NCBI GenBank assembly: GCA_035650875.1
Contig: DASRGU010000013.1
Span: 14,495-78,494, forward strand
Length of the DNA: 64,000 nt
Source: Vulcanimicrobiaceae bacterium
Lineage (GTDB): Bacteria; Vulcanimicrobiota; Vulcanimicrobiia; Vulcanimicrobiales; Vulcanimicrobiaceae
Direction: 5' to 3'
Both the position numbers and the translations under genes were made by a program. The notes beneath the pieces were generated by a model, which did no database searches, was not told where the DNA came from, and saw nothing but the letters and a program-made list of their open reading frames with translations. The stretch's first letter is position 1, and the number at the start of each line of letters is the position of its first letter. Positions 58,042-64,000 of this stretch are shown one piece after another.

Positions 58042-60558
58042 ATGACGCTGCTGGAGCGCGCCGCGCTCGTCGAGCGCATCGCCGGGGTGGCGCGAAGCGT
58101 CGCGCTCGTTTCGCTGCACGCCCCTCCCGGCTACGGGAAGACGATCGTGCTCGATGCGGTCGCCGGGCGCCTCGGCGCCGAGGTCGCGCGCTACGACGCC
58201 GCGCCGTGGGACGCGAACGTCTTCGTCGAGCCGCTCGTCGAGGCGGTACGCACGGCTCGCCCGGACTTCGGCCGGGCGACGCTCGCGCTCGCGGCGCTAG
58301 GCGCCGAGCCGCAGCGGATCGGCGCGACGTTCGCGGCCGACCTGCGTCACGTCACCGAGCCGCTCACGATCGCAGTCGACGACGCGCACCTGCTGGGCGA
58401 GGCGTTCGCCGCGTTCGTCGACGCACTCGTTCCGCGACTTCCGCGGCACGTGCATCTTCTCGTCGCATCGCGCGGCGCGCCGGGGTTCGCGCTCGCCGAG
58501 ATGGTCGCACGCGAGCGCGCCGCGGCGTTCGGATCCGACGATCTGCGCTTCGATTCCGCCGACGCGGCCACGCTGGCGGCGGCGTGCGGCTCGCGGCTGA
58601 ACGAGCGCGAGATCGAGCTGCTCGTGCAGCGCACCGAAGGCTGGCCGGCTGGGATCGCCGTGGCGCTGCGCACCGGCGTGCGGACGATTCCAAGCGCCCG
58701 CGCGTCGTACGACGCGGCCTCCGCATTCCTCGCCGAGCACCTGGCGCGCAACTTCTCCGCGGACGAGATCGCGGTGCTCGAGCGTGTTTCCGTCTACGAG
58801 CTCGTCGACGAAGCGGTGCTCGGCACGCTCGGCGATCCGGCGGCGCGCGCGCACCTGCGCGCGATCGCTCGCCGCGGCGACATGGTCTCCGAAACCGCGC
58901 ACGGCGCGTACCGCGTTCATCCGATGCTGCGCGACGTGGTCCTCGCGCGTCTGCGGCGCGAGCGGGGCGAGGCGGCCGTCGAAGATGCGCATGCCGCTGC
59001 GGCGCGTCTGGCCGCGCGACGACGCGCGCTGGGCGCCACGATCCACCACTTGCGTCTCGCGAAGCGACCGGCCCTGACGCGCGCATTGCTGCGCGAGCTG
59101 GGCGCCGTCGCGGTTGCCGCGGGATACGGAGACGACGTCGCAGCACTCGGGGCGCAGCTCGCGCCGCGCGAGTCCGGCGACGACGCGCTCGTCGCGTATC
59201 TGGTCGCTCTCGCCGAGAAGCGCAGCGGCGCACCGGCCCGCGAGCGTTTCGTCGAAGCGTCGGCCGCCGCCGATGCCGGATCCGAGGCATCGATCGCGTT
59301 CCTCGCCCGGCTCGAGATCGCCGAAAACGACCTCGGCCGCGGACGTGCGCTCGCGCGCGGCCAGACCGACGAGCTGCTGCGACGCGCGCAGTCGCTCGGA
59401 CCCGCTGCCGTCGCGTCCGCCACGCTGCGCGCCGCGTGGGCCGACGTACTCGACGGCGCTTTCGAGAGCGCGTTGCACCGCATCGCCGCCGTCGCGTTGA
59501 CGGCCGATCCGCTCGAGCGCTGGTTCGTCGCGCCGATGACGGCGTACGCATACACCGCGCTCGGGCGGTTCGACGACGCCGAACGCGAGATGCACTTGCT
59601 GCTGGACGCGCTCGCCGAGACCGACGCGCTGGGCCTGCGCGTTCACGCCCTCGTCTGGGCGGTCCGTCTGGCCCTGCTGCGCGGCGACACCGAATCCGCC
59701 TGGGGCGGCGCGCTGGAGCTGCTCGCCGCGCCGGTCGCCGACGGACGCGGCGCCTCCGCCGCGCATGCGATCGCGATCGCCGAGGCGGCAACGCACGCGG
59801 GCGATGCGGCGATCGCCGAACGCTATGCCGCGCAGGCGTCGCGCGACGCCGCGTCGGCGTGGTACGTCGGCGACGTGGAGCGCATTCCGGCGCAGGCGGC
59901 GGGTCTTCGCGCCCGCGCGGCGTTCCTGCGCGGCGACGTGCGGCATGCGCTGGCGATCGCGCGCGCCGCCGCGCCGGACGCGCCTGCGCCGCAGCGCGCC
60001 TTGCTCGCGGCGGAATCCGCGGCGTATGCGGCGCTCGGCGGCGGCGACGTCCGCGGCGCCGTCGCATCCGCGCGCGAGGCGCACGCCTCGGCGCTCGCGC
60101 GCGACGCCGCCGACGCGACGGCGCTGCACGACGCCGCGCAGCTCGTCGACGCGCTCGCCGCGCGCGACGCGGGCGCGCGGGCCGAGCTCGCCATCGGCGG
60201 TCCGTTTGCCGCGCTGCTGCGCCGCCGAGCGCCGCTGCGCGCTGCGACGAGCGCGGCGAACGGCGTGCGGTTCGAAGCGGCGCTGCTCGCGCGCGCGCTC
60301 GGGGCGGCGGGCGATCGAACCGCCACGCCGCACGCCGGCGCACTTCTCGAGCCGCTCACGCCGCGCGAGCACGAGATCCTCGAGCTTCTCGCCGGCGGCC
60401 TCACGAACAAAGAGATCGCGCAACGTCTCGTCGTCAGCCCTCGCACCGTCGAGACGCACGTCGCACGCGTGCTCGGAAAGCTCGGCGTCACGTCGCGCTC
60501 GCGGGCGATCGCGAAAGCCCTCGCGACGGGACTCATCGCACGAATCGCGCCGGCGTAG
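58042..60558 (+). CDS. MalT-like LuxR family regulator (AAA + TPR + HTH)
   Basis: [44 protein letters not shown]. Confidence 0.9.
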   Translation: MTLLERAALVERIAGVARSVALVSLHAPPGYGKTIVLDAVAGRLGAEVARYDAAPWDANVFVEPLVEAVRTARPDFGRATLALAALGAEPQRIGATFAADLRHVTEPLTIAVDDAHLLGEAFAAFVDALVPRLPRHVHLLVASRGAPGFALAEMVARERAAAFGSDDLRFDSADAATLAAACGSRLNEREIELLVQRTEGWPAGIAVALRTGVRTIPSARASYDAASAFLAEHLARNFSADEIAVLERVSVYELVDEAVLGTLGDPAARAHLRAIARRGDMVSETAHGAYRVHPMLRDVVLARLRRERGEAAVEDAHAAAARLAARRRALGATIHHLRLAKRPALTRALLRELGAVAVAAGYGDDVAALGAQLAPRESGDDALVAYLVALAEKRSGAPARERFVEASAAADAGSEASIAFLARLEIAENDLGRGRALARGQTDELLRRAQSLGPAAVASATLRAAWADVLDGAFESALHRIAAVALTADPLERWFVAPMTAYAYTALGRFDDAEREMHLLLDALAETDALGLRVHALVWAVRLALLRGDTESAWGGALELLAAPVADGRGASAAHAIAIAEAATHAGDAAIAERYAAQASRDAASAWYVGDVERIPAQAAGLRARAAFLRGDVRHALAIARAAAPDAPAPQRALLAAESAAYAALGGGDVRGAVASAREAHASALARDAADATALHDAAQLVDALAARDAGARAELAIGGPFAALLRRRAPLRAATSAANGVRFEAALLARALGAAGDRTATPHAGALLEPLTPREHEILELLAGGLTNKEIAQRLVVSPRTVETHVARVLGKLGVTSRSRAIAKALATGLIARIAPA

Positions 60559-60628
60559 CGTCCGGCGCCGGCGCGTCGAGCCGACGCCGCACCGGCGGTC
60601 GTGTGAAACGTGCGGAACGACGGCCGGC

Positions 60629-61765
60629 TCAGCCGGCGGCAAACGGCCGGACGTAGCGGTCCAGCGCGGCGAGGAACTGCGTCGGGTCGGTGTAGCAGGC
60701 GAAATGGCCGCCGTCGATCGCGACGAACCGCTTCGCCGGCGCGCGCAGCGACGCGAGCCACGCCTTCGCGGCGGGGAGCGACGTGATGTGATCGTCGCGT
60801 CCGTCGATCACGAACACGGGGATCGCGAAGTCGCGGCTCTGCGCGCGCGCGTCGAACGCGCTGATCGCCGGCCAGAGCTTCGGCCCGCTGAAGGCGCCGG
60901 CGTTCGTCCACGCGACGACGAAGGGATCGGTGCGGGCGTCCGGGCGGTTCATGAAGTCGCGCTCGCGCTGCAGGTACGCGCGGTCGGAGGCGGGCCAGCG
61001 CCAGCGATTCGTCGCCGCGAGACGCCGCGCGTCGCTCGGCGGCAGCGACTGGGCCGCGTCGAGCGCCTTCAGGGCCGCAACGTCGTGCGCGGCCTGCATT
61101 CGCCGGCGTGCATAGCGCTCGCGCTCGTCGAGCGAGAGCTTCCAGCTCACGGGCTGGCCGGTGCCGACGTAGGCCGAAAAGACGTCCGGCCGCTCGAGCG
61201 CCGCGCGCATCCCGAGCACGCAGCCGAACGATTGGCCGACGAGGAGCACGTTCCGTTTCCCGAGCCGCCGCCGCGCATGCTCGGCGACTTCGATCGCATC
61301 ACGCGTCATCCGCGGCACGCTGACGTCCGGCGTCGCCGTGCCGTTTCGCTCGAACGTCCTGCCGGCGCCCCGCTGGTCCCAGTTGACGACGGTGTAGCGT
61401 CGCTCCCAGGGCGCGAACTCCGCGAGAAACGGCGACTGCGCCTCCGCGGGACCGCCGTGCAGGAACACGATCGCCGGATTGGAGACGTCGTCGCCGCGAA
61501 TCGAGATCCACTGATCGATGCCGCCGATGCGAACGAATCCGCTCTCCGCGATCGCCCGCCCAGCCGCCGCTCGCGCCGGGCGTCGTATCGCGCACGCGGC
61601 GGCGGCGACGGACGCTGCGGCCGCACAGAGAAATCCGGCCCGACCGTACCGTCGCGAGCCGTACGCGCACTCCGGCGCGGAGCGCGGCGCTCGCGACTCG
61701 CAGTTCGTCACTCGCGCGCGGATCGTCACCAGCTCATCGTAGCCGCCTACGAATCGCGCTGTCAA
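60629..61765 (-). CDS. Alpha/beta hydrolase (proline iminopeptidase-like); start uncertain
   Basis: FVRIGGIDQWISIRG, FLHGGP, WDQRGAGRT, GQSFG, GGH. Confidence 0.85.
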   Translation of the reverse strand: MTARFVGGYDELVTIRARVTNCESRAPRSAPECAYGSRRYGRAGFLCAAAASVAAAACAIRRPARAAAGRAIAESGFVRIGGIDQWISIRGDDVSNPAIVFLHGGPAEAQSPFLAEFAPWERRYTVVNWDQRGAGRTFERNGTATPDVSVPRMTRDAIEVAEHARRRLGKRNVLLVGQSFGCVLGMRAALERPDVFSAYVGTGQPVSWKLSLDERERYARRRMQAAHDVAALKALDAAQSLPPSDARRLAATNRWRWPASDRAYLQRERDFMNRPDARTDPFVVAWTNAGAFSGPKLWPAISAFDARAQSRDFAIPVFVIDGRDDHITSLPAAKAWLASLRAPAKRFVAIDGGHFACYTDPTQFLAALDRYVRPFAAG

Positions 61766-61856
61766 CTATTTCGTTAGTATTAGTGCGGGATCGACGCCTT
61801 CGCGTGTCGTCGGCGCGCGACGGAGCGGCCGCGGCGGCCGCTCCGCGCGTCGAAGG

Positions 61857-62285
61857 TCATCCCGCCCGGAAGCGGCCCAGCGACCCGTCTTTCCGGTCGC
61901 GTGCCTCCGCGACGACGCCGGCGTTCGGGATGCGCGCCTGGCTGACCGTGCAGTCCGGACACGCGTGATGCCCCGGCGGGCAGTAGCAGGGCGGGACGGG
62001 CGTCGGCTTGGGCGTCGCCGCCGACACCGCTTGCAGCGCGTGCGTCGAGTTCGCCGACATGCAGGCGATGTCGGAACACATGTGGTGCGGGATGGGCGGA
62101 CAGGAGCAAGGGTTCGGCGTCGGCGTCGCCGCGGCGTTGGTCACCGCGGCGGGCGCGCGCACCGCCGACTGGAGCGCCGTCGGCGGCAAGGTCGACGAGC
62201 CGGGCGTCGTCCCGTTGCCGCACGCGCTGAGCGCCAGTGAAGCAATCGCGGCAACGAACGCCGGCATTGCGAAGCGAAGTTTCAT
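61857..62285 (-). CDS. Lipoprotein with two CxCPPxHHxC motifs
   Basis: Lipobox LSAC; CSCPPIPHHMCSDIAC and CYCPPGHHACPDC. Confidence 0.75.
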   Translation of the reverse strand: MKLRFAMPAFVAAIASLALSACGNGTTPGSSTLPPTALQSAVRAPAAVTNAAATPTPNPCSCPPIPHHMCSDIACMSANSTHALQAVSAATPKPTPVPPCYCPPGHHACPDCTVSQARIPNAGVVAEARDRKDGSLGRFRAG

Positions 62286-62401
62286 CGATCACACCCTTTG
62301 TGAACGCGCGCGCCCGTGCGGGCGAGAAGACGCCGGTCGAGCGCGGCGCGGTTCACTTCGCATCCCGCGGCGCCGTGCCCCCTGGGGATGAGGACGCCGG
62401 C

Positions 62402-63229
62402 TCACGCGCAATCGAAAACGCGCCGCGCGAGGGCGTCGACGATCTCCGCGGCGTCGCCCGGGCGTTCCAGCGGGATGAAATGCCCGGCAGGCAGCGTGCG
62501 CAGCGTCGAACCTGCGATGCCGTCGTGCAGCAGGCGCGCGATCGCCGCGAAGTCGCCGACATCCGCATCGCCGGTCACGATCTCCGCCGGTACGGCGACG
62601 CGGTCCAGCCGCTCGAGGGTCGGACCGATCCGGCGCAGCGACTGATTCGGTTTCCGGTCGCGCGTTCGAGCGCGCGCGGCGTGCACGTAGTCGCGAATCT
62701 CCGCAGAGACGACGGACGCGTCGCGGCCGTGCAGCAGCCAGAAGTCGACGTCGGCCTCGAACGCCGCCTGCTCGCCGCGCTCCGCGCGGATTCGGGCCAT
62801 GCGCGCAGCGAACTCCGACATCTCCGGTCCGTACGTCCAGCCGCCGGCGAACGCGGCGAAGAGTGCGATCGCCGCGGGGAGCTCGGGCTTTGCGACCGCA
62901 GCGTCCAGCACGGTCGATCCGCCGAGCGAGTTCCCGACGAGCACCGGACGGTGGAGGCCGAGCGCCTCGCACACCGCCGCGACGTCGTCGCAATCCGAGT
63001 ACGGCGATTCGGGGAGCGACGAGTCGCCGAAGCCGCGCTGGTCGATCGCGACGCACCGATAGCGCGCGCACAAGCGCGCGACCACCGGGCGCCACATCGC
63101 GCGATCTGCGCCGGCGGAATGCAGGAAAACGAGCGGCGCACCGTCGCCGCGCGTCTCGTACGCGATCTCACCGTGTTCGACCGGGACGCGCCCGACCGCC
63201 GCGTCCGCCGCGAGCGAAAGCTCCGTCAC
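62402..63229 (-). CDS. Alpha/beta hydrolase
   Basis: LVFLHS, DQRGFGDS, GNSLGG, GHF. Confidence 0.88.
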   Translation of the reverse strand: MTELSLAADAAVGRVPVEHGEIAYETRGDGAPLVFLHSAGADRAMWRPVVARLCARYRCVAIDQRGFGDSSLPESPYSDCDDVAAVCEALGLHRPVLVGNSLGGSTVLDAAVAKPELPAAIALFAAFAGGWTYGPEMSEFAARMARIRAERGEQAAFEADVDFWLLHGRDASVVSAEIRDYVHAARARTRDRKPNQSLRRIGPTLERLDRVAVPAEIVTGDADVGDFAAIARLLHDGIAGSTLRTLPAGHFIPLERPGDAAEIVDALARRVFDCA

Positions 63230-63310
63230 GGGGAGCGCTTCAGCCGCGCCGCGCGCACGGCCCTCCTCGTGCGAGGGACCGCGCGCGCGCGGTGCGGGAT
63301 ACTGCGGCCG

Positions 63311-63589
63311 ATGCTCTTCCTGATCGTCGAACGCTTCAAGTCCGGGCGCGAGCGCGCGATTCACGAGCGCTTCACGCGGCACGGCCGCCTCATGCCCGAC
63401 GGCGTCGCCTACCGTGCGAGCTGGATCGATCCCGCAAGCGCCCGCTGCTTCCAGATCGTCGAAGCCGTCTCGCGCGAGCGCGTCGAGGAGTGGACGAGGC
63501 GCTGGCACGACCTCATCGCGTTCGAGGTCATCCCGATCGAAGAGCCCGCGGAATACTGGGCGAGGATCGCCGGCGCCCCGCCGCCCTGA
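63311..63589 (+). CDS. DUF3303 domain protein
   Basis: MLFLIVERF, GRLMPDGV..ASWI, W..RW.DL..FEVIP. Confidence 0.85.
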   Translation: MLFLIVERFKSGRERAIHERFTRHGRLMPDGVAYRASWIDPASARCFQIVEAVSRERVEEWTRRWHDLIAFEVIPIEEPAEYWARIAGAPPP

Positions 63590-63642
63590 GAACGCGCTCG
63601 GCTACGGCGGGTGACGAAGCGAGCAATGCCGTACCATCGAGG

Positions 63643-64000
63643 ATGATCGGTCGTGCAGCGGTTCGAGCCGTCGCGGCTTTCGCTGCGGCCTTCGCGCTTG
63701 CGGCATGCGGCGGCGGCCGTGCGAGCGGGCCGCTCCGCGCCGTACCTGACGCGTCCGCGGTCCGGCACGCGCTCGTAAGCGCTCCGTCGAACGGCTGGTC
63801 GTCCGTGCCGCTCGTGCAGCCGGTCGCGACCGTCGGCGGAACGGTGGGCATCGCGGACGGCGTCTGGGTCTCGGACGCCGCCGCCGGCCTCGTGCAGGTC
63901 GTCACCGCGCGCGGCGCGGCGGCGTTCCCGGTGGCCGCGCCGCGGGTCTACGGGCTCGCGCCCGAGGCGCCGAACGGCGTCGTGTTCGCGACCGACGCCG
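63643..64000 (+). CDS. Lipoprotein, probable beta-propeller (Vgb/NHL-like), partial
   Basis: Manual translation MIGRAAVRAVAAFAAAFALAACGGG...DGVWVSD...; open to the window end. Confidence 0.6.
   Translation, partial: MIGRAAVRAVAAFAAAFALAACGGGRASGPLRAVPDASAVRHALVSAPSNGWSSVPLVQPVATVGGTVGIADGVWVSDAAAGLVQVVTARGAAAFPVAAPRVYGLAPEAPNGVVFATDA

Noticed and set aside
40-63905. Many long Arg/Ala/Pro-rich ORFs antisense to or overlapping real genes (e.g. 861-2267, 15375-16862, 26959-29160, 53942-56677, 58206-60656)
   Set aside because: Shadow ORFs from high GC and codon bias; no motifs, and they overlap well-supported genes.

Overview
GC-rich bacterial chromosome window. TonB-dependent receptor and TonB C-terminal proteins indicate a diderm; the lineage looks like Eremiobacterota/WPS-2, which is inference only. 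Starts were read manually and many differ from the ORF track. Core minus-strand housekeeping blocks are purB-purC, mtnA-holA, ribBA-ribH, DUF427-ribD-ribE-thioesterase, pcrA-dapB-asd-lysC-dapA-tagA-NDP-sugar synthase-comF, a second NDP-sugar synthase and a GT4 pair. Two accessory regions interrupt them. (1) About 8.4-14.1 kb: a complete 3.2-kb IS1595-family element with 22-bp TIRs, an 8-bp target duplication and cargo genes, inserted into the probable promoter of an unusual XRE-HTH-RibBA fusion gene, followed by a DUF4160/DUF2442 toxin-antitoxin-like pair. (2) About 33.7-49.8 kb, after HNH-tRNA-Gln-tRNA-Glu: TetR/SDR pairs, a Fur-ZnuABC-COG0523-His-rich metal-uptake locus and deletion-scarred pseudogenes. 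The right end holds a TonB-dependent receptor with two S9 peptidases, a MalT/LuxR regulator, hydrolases and lipoproteins. The top observation is a DUF442/PTP-like gene at 57201-57617 whose active-site Cys codon is an in-frame TGA followed by a canonical-looking bacterial SECIS hairpin, a probable selenoprotein that the ORF track truncates.
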